Source of the DNA: Vulcanimicrobiota bacterium
Lineage (GTDB): Bacteria > Vulcanimicrobiota > Vulcanimicrobiia > Vulcanimicrobiales > Vulcanimicrobiaceae
Reading direction: 5' to 3'
Assembly: GCA_963714015.1 (NCBI GenBank)
Contig: OY970223.1
Coordinates: forward strand, 2,976,001 to 3,040,000
DNA: 64,000 nt
A program made the translations under genes and the position numbers. Positions within the stretch are counted from its first letter, which is position 1. Each line of letters begins with the position of its first letter. The notes beneath the pieces were generated by a model. The model was not told where the DNA came from. It searched no databases and saw nothing but the letters and a program-made list of their open reading frames with translations. Positions 30,607-41,174 of this stretch are shown here, piece by piece.

Positions 30607-31550
30607 TGCTCGACGAAGCAACGATCTCCGTCGGTCCGCTCGAGCTTCGCTGCGGCGCTCGTTTAGAGAACGTCGAACAGCGCGTCACCACTTACGGCGA
30701 TCCGAAGAACCCCGCCGTCCTCGTCGCCCACGCGTTAACCGGAAACAGCCGCGTTGCGGATTGGTGGAGCGATCTTGCGGGCTCCGGCAAGCCAATCGAT
30801 CCCGAACGGTATTTCGTGATCGGGATCAACGTGCTCGGCAGTTGTTACGGATCCACCGGCCCGGCGTCGGTTCCAAATTTCCCGTATATCACGGTTGCGG
30901 ACATCGTCGCTGCGCAGGCGCGCGTCTTGGACGTGCTTGGCGTGCAGCGCCTCACGCTCGTCATCGGCGCCTCCCTCGGCGGTATGCAGGCACTGCAGTG
31001 GGCAGTCGACTACCCGGATCGCGTTCAAAAGGCGGTCATGGTGGGGTCGCACGATCATCAGTCCGCGATGGGCATCGCATTGAACGCCGTACAGCGCGAC
31101 GCGATCGCTTTGGATCCGGAGGGCGGTTTGCGCTTGGCTCGCAAGATCGCAATGCTCTCGTACAAGAGCGACGCGCTCTTCAAGGACCGTCACGATCGGC
31201 GCGGCGATCGCAAGAAGCGCTTCCGCTTCGACGTGGAGGGGTACCTCGAGTACCAAGCCGATCTGTTCGCCGCGAGAATGCATGCGAGCAGCTACGCAAC
31301 GCTCACGCGGGCGATGGATTCATTCGACGTTCGCGGATACGACGTCCACGCAAGGGAGCTGCCTGAATTGATCTTCGTGGGCATCTCCTCGGACTGGCTC
31401 TTTCTGCCACAAGACGTTCGTGCGGCAGCCGAGCGCTTCGCTTCGCTCGGCCACCGCAGCGTTTATGAAGAGATCGCCTCAACGCATGGCCACGACGCCT
31501 TTCTGGCTGAGCCGCGCGCGTTCGCCGAGATCCTTTTAGCGCATTTGTAG
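30600..31550 (+). CDS. metX: Homoserine O-acetyltransferase (alpha/beta hydrolase)
   Basis: HALTG, NVLGSCYGSTGP, GASLGGMQAL, SDWLF and HGHDAFL. Confidence 0.92.
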   Translation: MLVLDEATISVGPLELRCGARLENVEQRVTTYGDPKNPAVLVAHALTGNSRVADWWSDLAGSGKPIDPERYFVIGINVLGSCYGSTGPASVPNFPYITVADIVAAQARVLDVLGVQRLTLVIGASLGGMQALQWAVDYPDRVQKAVMVGSHDHQSAMGIALNAVQRDAIALDPEGGLRLARKIAMLSYKSDALFKDRHDRRGDRKKRFRFDVEGYLEYQADLFAARMHASSYATLTRAMDSFDVRGYDVHARELPELIFVGISSDWLFLPQDVRAAAERFASLGHRSVYEEIASTHGHDAFLAEPRAFAEILLAHL

Positions 31551-31560
31551 TGTCAGGGCA

Positions 31561-32943
31561 CTAGGAACATCCGTTGCCGGTCGTGGTTAGGACGTACGCG
31601 TCGTACGGTTGAACGGTCAGCGGATTCGAAATCGGCCGGCCCTCGACATCAGTGTACGTCAGACCTGACGGCAGATTGATGCTTTGCGCCGCGCTGGCGC
31701 TGTTGTTTACGACGACCAGTCCCTTAGTGAACAGACGCTCGTACATCGAGTATCCGGGCGTTGTGTAAGCGCCGCACGGCGGTCCCAGCTTCGTGGCGTA
31801 GACGTACCGGTATGAGTAAATGTCTCCCGTCGACGCGGAAACGTAAAGCGCTGCGCCGCCGTTGTTGCCCAGCTGATAGGATGCTAGCGAGAAGTCCATC
31901 TGTGAAGGCGTCACTTTCTTCTCGCACGGGATGCCGCCGTTCTCACACCAATAGTCGACGACGAAGAATGCTACGTGATTCTGCTGCACGTAGTCCATGT
32001 AGTTGAGAATGCTCGTAAAGTCTGCGTGGTAACGTCCCCAGTTGGAGAAGCTGGCCTCGTACATCATGCCGTCGACGTTGGAGATGACTCCGGTTTCGTC
32101 ACTGTTGAGCGGCCACGTAATCGGGTGATTCACCAGAAAGTGGAGATGAGCTTGGTTCAGGTAGCCGCGCACCGTCTGGACCCAGTTGACCAGATCCGCG
32201 GTAAACGCCGGATCCGTTTTTGCGTAACCGGTGGAGTAGCGCCGGACGAACGAATTGCCCTCCCAGATGCCGCAGCCGTACCAGCCGTCCGTTTGGTAAT
32301 TGTAGCCCGGGTCGCTTTGGCCGAGCAGCGCATTGGGGCCACTCGTATAATTCTCGAAAGTGATGTTGTCGGCGGCCAAGGCGTTATAGCCGTTGGCCTG
32401 CATGTATGGGATTTCCATCTGCTGCATTTGATACTGGATGACGGCCGGATTGTGAATGTCCAGCAGCACGTCGGGGAAGCCGTCGTCGCGCGCAACGTAA
32501 TGCGTCGGATTATTGTTCTGATCGCACGTGTACAAAATCCAGTCCGGATGGTTTTGCTGCCACCAGGTCAGATCGTGTCCGGAGATCGCGGTATCGTCAT
32601 CGAAAGGCATCAGATAGCGCGAGATGATCATGCCGGGATGCGCTTGCTTCCAATAGGACGGACTGAACGTTCCCCATACGGTGTTTTCTTTAGGCGCCTC
32701 CTTCAAAATCTGGCTTTCGGTCATGCGCCGATCGAGGACCTGAACCAACCCGAACTTTCCGGTCGTGTTCGGCAGAATAGTCGGACGCGTAGGGGTCGGC
32801 GCCGGCTGCGCCATCAAAGCCGCCGCGTTATCGGCGTTTCCTCCGCCGGACGACGGAATTGAAGCGGTTCCGCCTCCCTTTCCGCCGCAAGCCGCAAGAA
32901 CGATCGCACCTAAGGCGATTGAAAAGGCAATACGTAAAAACAC
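31561..32943 (-). CDS. Lipoprotein with putative glycoside-hydrolase-like TIM barrel (copy 2)
   Basis: Lipobox LAAC, Gly/Pro-Thr linker, HPDW, ADN, MYE and C-terminal R.F..GLVVVN, resembling hypothetical GH-like families. Confidence 0.6.
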   Translation of the reverse strand: MFLRIAFSIALGAIVLAACGGKGGGTASIPSSGGGNADNAAALMAQPAPTPTRPTILPNTTGKFGLVQVLDRRMTESQILKEAPKENTVWGTFSPSYWKQAHPGMIISRYLMPFDDDTAISGHDLTWWQQNHPDWILYTCDQNNNPTHYVARDDGFPDVLLDIHNPAVIQYQMQQMEIPYMQANGYNALAADNITFENYTSGPNALLGQSDPGYNYQTDGWYGCGIWEGNSFVRRYSTGYAKTDPAFTADLVNWVQTVRGYLNQAHLHFLVNHPITWPLNSDETGVISNVDGMMYEASFSNWGRYHADFTSILNYMDYVQQNHVAFFVVDYWCENGGIPCEKKVTPSQMDFSLASYQLGNNGGAALYVSASTGDIYSYRYVYATKLGPPCGAYTTPGYSMYERLFTKGLVVVNNSASAAQSINLPSGLTYTDVEGRPISNPLTVQPYDAYVLTTTGNGCS

Positions 32944-32953
32944 AAGACCTCCG

Positions 32954-34441
32954 CTACGAGCAGCCGTTGCCGCTCGTCGTCAAAACATAGCCGTCATCGG
33001 GAGCGACGGTCAGCGGATTCGAAATCGGCCGGCCCTCGATGTCCGTGTATTGGAGTCCGCCTGGAAGGTTGAAGTTCTGCGCCAGCGTGGCGCTATTGTT
33101 TACGACGACCAACCCTCCGCTGAACTGCCGTGCGTACATAGACGCTCCCGGCGTCGTATACGCGCCGCACGGTAAACCCATTCTTGTCGCGTAAACGTTC
33201 AGATAAGAGTAGATGTCGCCGCCCGAGGGTGAGACGTACAGCGACGCACCGCCTTCGTTGGCGAGTTGGTACGACGCCATCGAGAACTCGATTTGCGAGG
33301 GGGTCAGCTTCTGCTCGCACGGGCTTCCACCGTTGAGGCACCAGTAGTCCACGACCAAAAATGCCACGTGGTTCTGCTGCACGTACTCCATGTAGTCGAG
33401 GATACTAGTGAAGTCGGCGTGGTAACGCCCCCAGTTGGAGAAGCTGGCCTCGTACATCATCGCGTCGACGTTCGATATCAGCGCCGTCTCGTTAGAATCG
33501 AGCGGCCACGTTATGGGATGGTTTATGAGAAAGTGCAGGTGGGACTGATTCAAATACGTGCGTACCGTCTGTACCCAGTTAACCAAGTCCGAGATGAATG
33601 CCGGATCCGGTTTCGCGTAACCCATCGTGTACCGCTTGATGAATTGGTTGCCTTCCCAAATACCGCAGCCGTACCAGCCGTCGGTTTGGTAATTGTATCC
33701 CGGATCGCTCTGACCGAGCAGCACGTTGGGGCCGCTGGTGTAGTTTGAGAACGTGACGTTATCCGCCGCCAATGAATTGTAGCCGTTGGCGATCAGATAC
33801 GGAATCTCTACCTGCTGCATCTGATACTGAATGACGGCCGGGTTATGAATGTCCAGCGGAACGTCGGGGAAACCATCCGCGCGCGCGACGTAGTGCGTCG
33901 GATTGCCGTTCTGGTCGCACGTGTACAAGATCCAGTCCGGATGATTCGTCTGCCACCACGACAGATCGTGACCCGATATAGCGTTATCGTCGTCAAACGG
34001 CATCAGGTAGCGCGAGTCGATCATGCCGGCATGGCCTTGATTCCAATACGAGGGGCTGAACGAACCCCAAACGGCGTCCTCGTCGGGCGCCTCTTCAAGA
34101 ATCTGGCTTTCCGTCATGCGCCGATCCAGGACTTGGATGAGACTGTAACGTCCCGTACTGTTCGGCAGAATGGTGTTCGGCGTGGGAGTGGCTGTCGGCA
34201 GCGGCGTGGGCGTCTGCATGGGCGTAGGTGTAACGCCCGGCGTAGGCGTGCTGCCGGGCGACGAAGATGGTTTGCTCGAGGCTTTGGGACTAGCCGAGGG
34301 CCCCGGTCCGCCGCCGCCGTTGTTCGGATTGGGCGGAATGGAAGCCGAACCGCCTCCGCCGCCGCCGCATGCGCTGAGCGCAAATGCGGCTACGGCGATC
34401 CAAATAAAACTGCGCACAAACACAAATAAGCGTAACCGCAT
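32954..34441 (-). CDS. Lipoprotein with putative glycoside-hydrolase-like TIM barrel (copy 1)
   Basis: Lipobox LSAC and a long G/S/PT linker; mature domain highly similar to 31561..32943. Confidence 0.6.
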   Translation of the reverse strand: MRLRLFVFVRSFIWIAVAAFALSACGGGGGGSASIPPNPNNGGGGPGPSASPKASSKPSSSPGSTPTPGVTPTPMQTPTPLPTATPTPNTILPNSTGRYSLIQVLDRRMTESQILEEAPDEDAVWGSFSPSYWNQGHAGMIDSRYLMPFDDDNAISGHDLSWWQTNHPDWILYTCDQNGNPTHYVARADGFPDVPLDIHNPAVIQYQMQQVEIPYLIANGYNSLAADNVTFSNYTSGPNVLLGQSDPGYNYQTDGWYGCGIWEGNQFIKRYTMGYAKPDPAFISDLVNWVQTVRTYLNQSHLHFLINHPITWPLDSNETALISNVDAMMYEASFSNWGRYHADFTSILDYMEYVQQNHVAFLVVDYWCLNGGSPCEQKLTPSQIEFSMASYQLANEGGASLYVSPSGGDIYSYLNVYATRMGLPCGAYTTPGASMYARQFSGGLVVVNNSATLAQNFNLPGGLQYTDIEGRPISNPLTVAPDDGYVLTTSGNGCS

Positions 34442-34498
34442 GAGGGGTTAGGCGAGAACGGCCGACAAGGGGACCGGCCCAGGGCCTTCTAGGGAACC

Positions 34499-35632
34499 TT
34501 AACTGCGTTCAAAGCTCCAGCGCCGAATGCCGGCCGCCAGCACTTCGTGTTCGAGCGGATGAAGGCGCTCCATGATTTGGGACTCCGCTTCGCCGGGATC
34601 GATCGACAGCGGTCGCCGCGCGAGTACGGGGCCGCGATCCGCATCGAGGGTTACGTGATGGGACGATGCGCCGGCCCAGCGGCTTCCGAACGCAAGAGCG
34701 TCGCGAACGGCATGCGCGCCCCGAAACGCCGGCGTAAAGGACCCGTCGGGAAAGACGACTTCGTCTCGCCGCTGGTCGAGCGGCAGAAACGCGGGATGAA
34801 TATTGATCGTCTCGGGAAACGCGCAAATGAATGCGTCGGCGAGCAGATGCATCCATCCCAGCAGCAGCACCAAATCCGGTTCCTCGCGCCGCACTATCTC
34901 GAGCAAATCCGCGTCGTACTGCCCGCGTGATTGCGACGCTCGATCCCAAGGAAGGGCGACTGCCGGAACGTGCGACGCTCGCGCGCGCTCGATTGCGTAG
35001 GCCGTACTCTTGTTGCTCAGCAGCAGCACCAATTCCAGCGGCAATTGTCCCGACGCGGTGTTGTCTATGACGGATTGAAAGTTGCTGCCTGAGCCCGATG
35101 CCAAGACGGCCGTGCGAAAAGCGCGGCCGGAATGTTTTCGCGGAAAACGCTCGGCGATGCGCGCGCCGGCATGCTCGGTATAATAGCGGACAAGCTGCTC
35201 TTCCCCGACCGCCGGAATCAAGGCGTGCGCATACCCGGCTTCGCGAAGCGCGCACAAGCCGGCGTAGAGCAGATTACGCCCGATGGGTGAACCGCGATAA
35301 CGCTCGGCTACTCCGAACGGCCCAAAGATCCCGACGCCCGGCTGACGTGCGGCACCGCGCAGCCATGCGAACTTCATGCCGCGCGCGTCAATTGTCGCAA
35401 AACCGGCAAAGCCGCGATCCGCACGCGCGATCAAGTTGGTCCCCGCAAAGGCCTCGCTGCTCCAGAAGCCGCCGAAACATTCGTCGATCCACGCTAGGAA
35501 CGAATCTTCGGCCGGCTCGGCGCGTTCGAACGATAAGCCGGCCCCCTCGACGGCGCGAACTGCGCCGGCCAATGCTTGGGCGTCGAATCGATCGGTGCGT
35601 AAGTCGACGATTAGATTGAGGAGATCATGCAC
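34499..35632 (-). CDS. purN: GNAT-like domain fused to phosphoribosylglycinamide formyltransferase
   Basis: N-half has FGPFGV..YRGSPIGR.LL..L..LREAGY (GNAT acetyl-CoA loop). C-half has AVLASGSGSNFQS, L.GWMHLL, INIHPAFLP, F.GAHA and D.GP. Confidence 0.8.
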   Translation of the reverse strand: MHDLLNLIVDLRTDRFDAQALAGAVRAVEGAGLSFERAEPAEDSFLAWIDECFGGFWSSEAFAGTNLIARADRGFAGFATIDARGMKFAWLRGAARQPGVGIFGPFGVAERYRGSPIGRNLLYAGLCALREAGYAHALIPAVGEEQLVRYYTEHAGARIAERFPRKHSGRAFRTAVLASGSGSNFQSVIDNTASGQLPLELVLLLSNKSTAYAIERARASHVPAVALPWDRASQSRGQYDADLLEIVRREEPDLVLLLGWMHLLADAFICAFPETINIHPAFLPLDQRRDEVVFPDGSFTPAFRGAHAVRDALAFGSRWAGASSHHVTLDADRGPVLARRPLSIDPGEAESQIMERLHPLEHEVLAAGIRRWSFERS

Positions 35633-36659
35633 GCGCCGGATGCACCGTCACTTGCGGCTCATCGCCGTTGCGCTGCTCGATCCAGCCGATGATCTTGGCG
35701 TCCGGCACGGCACCGGCCGCTTGCGCCGCTTGCGCGATAGGAACGATGAGTGTGTAGCCGATTCCCATGTTGAACGTACGGTATCGCTCTTCTTGCGTCA
35801 GGTTTCCGCGGCGGCACAGCTCTTGAAAGAGCGGCGGAACTTCCCACCGCGATTGCTCGAAAACCGCTTTCACGTTCGGCGGCAGTGTGCGGGGGACGTT
35901 TTCGATCAGACCGCCGCCCGTGATATGGGCCATCGCTCTGACTTCTGCAACGCGCTGTATCGCGCGAACCGCGCCGTAATATGAAGGATGTTCCGCGAGC
36001 AGCGCTTCACCGAACGTGCCTCCGCCCAGCTTTGCGCCGTATTCCTGCGCGGGGACGAGCTTGCGCGCGAGCGTGTATCCGTTCGTGTGCAAACCTTGCG
36101 CCGCAAGTCCGATCACCGCGTCCCCGGGCTGAACGTTGCGCGGATTCGGCACCTCTTTGGTATCGACGATTCCGACGATCGTTCCGGCCAAATCGAAGTG
36201 GCCCATAGCATACAGGCCCGGCATTTCGGCAGTCTCACCGCCGAGCAGCGCGCAATTGTTCTTGCGGCAAGCCTCAAAACATCCGCGAACGATCTCTTCG
36301 GCAACGGCGGGGTCGAGTTTGCCGACGGCGAGATAGTCGAGAAAGAAAAGCGGCGTCGCGTTGACGACTAAAATGTCGTTGACGCAGTGGTTCACCAAAT
36401 CCGCGCCCACCGAGCCGTAACGCCGCATCTCGGCAGCAATCAGAATCTTGGTTCCGACGCCGTCCGCCGAGCCGACGAGTGCCCGCTGTTCATCACCCGG
36501 AAGCTGGAACAGGCCGCCAAAGCCGCCGATGGCGTCAAGCTGCGCCGGGTGCCGCCAGGCCTTGGCCAGGTCTTTGTAACGGGCGACGGCCTCGTTTCCG
36601 GCCGAAATGTCGACGCCGGCCTCAGCATAGGCGTCGCGACTGCCGGGTTCCCGGCTCAC
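35625..36659 (-). CDS. purM: AIR synthase (phosphoribosylformylglycinamidine cyclo-ligase)
   Basis: YAEAGVDI, GGFGGLF, DGVGTK, CVNDI, GGETAEMP, HITGGG and TFNMGIG; likely GTG start at 36659. Confidence 0.95.
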   Translation of the reverse strand: MSREPGSRDAYAEAGVDISAGNEAVARYKDLAKAWRHPAQLDAIGGFGGLFQLPGDEQRALVGSADGVGTKILIAAEMRRYGSVGADLVNHCVNDILVVNATPLFFLDYLAVGKLDPAVAEEIVRGCFEACRKNNCALLGGETAEMPGLYAMGHFDLAGTIVGIVDTKEVPNPRNVQPGDAVIGLAAQGLHTNGYTLARKLVPAQEYGAKLGGGTFGEALLAEHPSYYGAVRAIQRVAEVRAMAHITGGGLIENVPRTLPPNVKAVFEQSRWEVPPLFQELCRRGNLTQEERYRTFNMGIGYTLIVPIAQAAQAAGAVPDAKIIGWIEQRNGDEPQVTVHPARA

Positions 36660-36762
36660 CGGCGCCAGCCCCCGCCGGGGTTCGGAGGTTGCAAAGTCGT
36701 CAAAGGACAAAAGACACTTCTCGCCATTGAGGCCCAGAGTTTCTCCAGTCGAAAGGTTGACC

Positions 36763-38306
36763 ATGCAAGTTCGTATCGGCAGCGATGCGCCCGGTTCCGT
36801 TCGTTCGCAAGCGCTGGTGGTGCCGGTGTTTTCTTCCGGCCTCGACGGAGCGGCGCTCACAATCGATACGCAGCTCGAAGGCGCGGTCGGCGAACTGCTG
36901 GCAGCCGGAGAGTTCAAAGGCAAGCTCGCCGAGATTTGTCTGCTGCACGCGCGCGATCGATCGTACAAGCGCGTGGTGCTCGTCGGTTTGGGCGAGGCGG
37001 ACAAATTCGAGCCGTGGATGCTGGCCCGTTACGCCGGTACCGCCGTGCGCTATCTGGGACGGCGCAATGCGCGCGAGATCGCGTTCGCGCTCCCGGCCCA
37101 AGCCAGGGGCTTCGAAGCCGCGGCGGCTTCGTTCATAGTCGAGGGCGCCATTTCGGGAGCGTTCGACACCACGATGTATCAGCAAGAACCTGAAAAGCGA
37201 AGCGGTGCCGACTCGATTGAAATTTTGAGTGAAGGCTTTGATGCCGATGCGCTGCGCGCAGGCGTAACGCGCGGCCGGATTTTGGGTGATGCCGTCAATT
37301 TTGCGCGCCGGATGGCGATTACGCCCGCGAACGACATGACGCCCACGCAACTGGCCGAAGAGGCGACGAGAGCCGCTCGAGACTCCGGCGTGCAAATCGA
37401 GGTTTTCGAAGAAGATCGCTGCCGCCGGGAAGGCATGGGATCGTTCCTCTCCGTCGCGCAGGGCAGCTCGCAGCCTCCCAAATTCATCGTCATGACGTAT
37501 GCCGGCGATCCGTCGAGCAAAGAGCTCTGGCGCTGGTGGGCAAGGGCATTACGTTCGACAGCGGCGGCATCTCGATTAAACCGGCGGATCGCATGGAAGA
37601 GATGAAGTACGACATGTCCGGAGGCGCGGGCGTCATCGCGTCGATGTGTGCGATCGGACAGCTCAAGCCGAAGATCAACGTCGTCGGCATCGTGCCCGCC
37701 ACGGAAAATATGCCCGGCGGCAAGGCAACGAAACCCGGCGACATCTTCAAGGCGATGAACGGCAAAACGATTGAAGTCATCAACACCGACGCGGAAGGCC
37801 GCTTGATTCTGGCCGACGCGCTGTGCTACGCGAATAAGCTCGGCGCGACGAAGATCGTCGACACGGCGACCCTGACCGGCGCGTGCGTCATCGCACTCGG
37901 ACACGCGGCAAGCGCGGCCGTTTCAAACGACGATGCGTTCGCCAATCAGTTTCTCTCCGTTGCAAAATCGACGGGTGAGCGCTACTGGCAGATGCCTCTC
38001 TACGACGACTACGCGAGCGCCATGAAGAGCGACATCGCCGATCTGAAGAACAGCGGCGGCCGCGCCGCCGGAACGCTCACGGCTGCGGCTTTCCTGAAAA
38101 ACTTCGCGGGCGATACGCCTTGGATTCATCTCGACATTGCGGGCACTGCGTATTTGGACAGCGAGTCGGCCTGGCAAGCCAAAGGCCCGACGGGCACACC
38201 GGTTCGCGCGCTGGTCTCACTCGTCGAGCAGCTCAGCGGTTCCAGCGCAATCCACAGCAACGGCGTGAAACCTGCCGCCGTAACGACAACCCCAGTTTCA
38301 TCCTGA
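36763..38306 (+). CDS. pepA: Leucyl aminopeptidase (M17); frameshift at ~37530
   Basis: N-domain ending TPANDMTP, then in a shifted frame GKGITFDSGG, MKYDMSG, NTDAEGRL, ATLTGA and W.HLDIAGT. Confidence 0.9.
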
Positions 38307-38350
38307 CCGGCGTCGGCGCCAAAGGCGCTTAGCCGTCAGGGTCAGCACGA

Positions 38351-39809
38351 TTAGAACAAAACCCGGGCGCTTCTGCGGATGCGAATTTGCGGAGCGCCTT
38401 TGCCGTTGATCACCGTAACGAAAACCTTCGCCGAACGCGCGTGAGCGTCCGTCACCGTAACGGTGCATTTGCCGGGCAGTACTGGATTCACTTGCACGTC
38501 GTGCGGGAAGCCCTCGATCATCGCCGCGGTGCAATATGCAGTGTTTGAGGAAGTCGCGGTAAAGGGTCCGCTGTTTCCGGTCTCGCCGATGCCGATCAAT
38601 CCGGGCGGGAGCATGTCGCCGTACTTGTCTTTGGTATAAACGTCCACGTCTTGCGATGGGTACACGTGCCATTTTGCCGTAAGGGGAACTTTCTCAACGC
38701 ACGACGCCTTCTTCAGCGTGCAACCGATCCACGGCGTGCCGGTCGAATCGACCGCAATTCCGCCGGCGGCCGGCGTCGCGAGCGGCAAGATCACGATCTC
38801 GCCCGTTACCGTATTATAGATGCCGAGTCCGGCATAGTGAACGTCGTCGAAGTATACGTTCGAACTGCTTGCGGCCAGAGCATATGGTTCGACGCCCACG
38901 GATGGGAGCGGAATGGACATGAAGTTCGGCGTCGCGCTTGCCTGACCGGCGTTGAATGCGCCTTGGCCTTCCCTCTCGTAAAAAGTCGTGCCGGTAAAGA
39001 GCGCGCCGTTGGCACCGCTGACGATGCCTTCGACGCTCGCGTCGGCGCTGGAACCCTGAGGCATCTGCGTGAAGGTGCTGCTTCCGTTTCCGCTGCCGTT
39101 ACTGACGATCCGGAAGACGCCATCGTTCGCCGTGTCGGTCACCCAAATATACGAATCGCTTCCGAGCGTCATGAATTGCGGACTGGGCGGAAACCCCGAA
39201 CCCGGAGACGGCAGCGGATAAACCGAGACTGCATTAGTGCTCTGATCTATCTCGCCGACGACCGGCTGATTTTGACTACCCCACCATAGGCCGCCGTCGG
39301 CGCCGACCGCGATGCCTCCATAGATGCCGTCGCCTAGGATGCCTTGGCCCTTTTTGATTGGAATCGCAATCGACGTGTCAGTCCCATTGATGGCGCTGTA
39401 GCGATCGATCGTCGGATTGCCGGACGCGTTGTTCGCTTCTTCGACCCAGACGCCGCCGGCGGTCATCTGAATGAAACCGGGCCAGTAGGCCACGGTTTGA
39501 TAGCTTTGCGCATGCGTCTTGAAATTGAAGCTGCCGATCTCGCCGGTGTTCGGAATGGGGGACTGCTCGATGTTTGGACTGGTCGAATAATACAGTCTGT
39601 CCATCCGCGCCGATACGCATGTCGCTCAGGTACTGCGTATTCGTTCCGCCGTCGCCGAGCTTGTAGACGTTAGGCGGAGGCGTTCCCGCGCTTTCGACGC
39701 GCTGAAACTCCATGCCGGAAGGCACGAATTGCGCAGGCCGCCCGCTGCACGCCGCCAGGCCCCAAACGCAAACAAACGCCGCCAGAAAACAGAAACGCAT
39801 GCGGAACAT
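38351..39809 (-). CDS. Vgb-like beta-propeller lipoprotein; frameshift at ~39596
   Basis: Lipobox LAAC in the 39378..39842 frame; repeated G(A/S)DG.(L/I)W blades in 38351..39604; beta-rich C-terminal domain. Confidence 0.65.
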
Positions 39810-39916
39810 AAACACTCCCCCAGAGACGGCCCGGCCCTGCACATCAGCCTAACAAACCGTACAGACTATTGACAAGGAGCGCATGACCTAGCCATCCGCT
39901 CGCAGAAAGGCCCAGC

Positions 39917-40765
39917 GTGAGTACCCTCACCCCCAAAGAGCGTCGAACCGCTGATGGCGCGGACGCTCGCCCCTACGTGCCGGAAAAAGCCGCTGTCCGA
40001 CGCATTACCGCAGGGGCAATCAAGCGGCGCAAAGGCCGCACCCTCTTTCCGGTCGTGACGGCTTACGACGCGCCCTTTGCGGAGTTTGCCGAAGCCGCCG
40101 GTATCGACGTGATCTTGGTCGGCGACAGCGTGGGCAATGTCGTCTTGGGCTATGATGAGACGACGCCCGTCACCCTCGAGGACATGATCCATCACGCGCA
40201 AGCCGTATCGCGCGGTACGTCACGCGCACACATTATGGTCGATCTGCCGTTCGGATCGTATCAGATCAGCGACGAGGACGCTATCCGCAGTGCGATTCGC
40301 CTAGTCAAAGAGGGCGGGGCGTGTTCGGTAAAAATGGAAGGCGGACTACAAGCTGCGCAGCGGATTCGCGCAATTTACGGCGCCGGAATTCCGGTCGTAG
40401 GTCACATCGGCGTGATGCCGCAGACCGCCAGTTTGGGCCCCGGCTACAAAGTACGCAGCAATCGCGAACGCTTGATGTCCGACGCCAAGGCCGTCGAAGA
40501 AGCCGGCGCATACGCTGTGGTGCTGGAAGTCATCGATCATCAAGTCGCGCGCGAAATCACGCAGTCGCTAACGATTCCGACGATCGGAATCGGCGCCGGT
40601 CCGCACTGCGATTCGCAGGTGTTGGTTTTACACGACGTGCTGGGGATGTACCCAAGCAGTCCCAGCTTTGCCAAACAATACGGCGACATCGGCGCACAAG
40701 CGACGACCGCCCTGCGCGCTTACGCCGACGACGTCCGTGCCGAAAAATTCCCGCCGTCGTCCTGA
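39917..40765 (+). CDS. panB: 3-methyl-2-oxobutanoate hydroxymethyltransferase
   Basis: TAYD, ILVGDS, DLPFGSY, VKMEGG, GHIG..PQ, IGIGAG and QVLVLHD. Confidence 0.95.
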   Translation: MSTLTPKERRTADGADARPYVPEKAAVRRITAGAIKRRKGRTLFPVVTAYDAPFAEFAEAAGIDVILVGDSVGNVVLGYDETTPVTLEDMIHHAQAVSRGTSRAHIMVDLPFGSYQISDEDAIRSAIRLVKEGGACSVKMEGGLQAAQRIRAIYGAGIPVVGHIGVMPQTASLGPGYKVRSNRERLMSDAKAVEEAGAYAVVLEVIDHQVAREITQSLTIPTIGIGAGPHCDSQVLVLHDVLGMYPSSPSFAKQYGDIGAQATTALRAYADDVRAEKFPPSS

Positions 40766-40766
40766 G

Positions 40767-41174
40767 TCAATCGAACCGAATGCCGGCCTTCTGAACTTCC
40801 TGGTAAGGCAGAAGCCAAACCAGCGATTCGTCGTGTAAGTCGACGACTTGGACGCGGTTGCCGAATGGATCGTGAAAGTCGCAGCGGAACCCCGCAATCA
40901 ATGGCAAACCGTATTTCTTCGTGACTTTTTCTCGCACTTCGGCGATTTGCGTCTCGTCGCGAACCATCAGGCCGAAATGCCGCACGCGCGACGGCTCGAC
41001 CTTGTCCACTTCGAACATCGCCAAGAACTGATGCGCTCCCAATTCGAAAAAAGCGTCGCCTTCGCCCCGATCGTTCTTCTTCAAGCCGAACACGTCTTCG
41101 TAAAACGCGACGGCTTTCTCGATGTCGTCGACTTCGATTGCGATGTGATTGATACCATAAACCTTGACGCTCAT
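40767..41174 (-). CDS. VOC/glyoxalase family protein
   Basis: GINHIAIEVDD....FYEDVFGL, HFGL and DPFGNR. Confidence 0.85.
   Translation of the reverse strand: MSVKVYGINHIAIEVDDIEKAVAFYEDVFGLKKNDRGEGDAFFELGAHQFLAMFEVDKVEPSRVRHFGLMVRDETQIAEVREKVTKKYGLPLIAGFRCDFHDPFGNRVQVVDLHDESLVWLLPYQEVQKAGIRFD

Noticed and set aside
34170..34370. Short tandem repeats resembling an array
   Set aside because: They encode the Gly and Pro-Thr linker of a lipoprotein and have no repeat-spacer structure.
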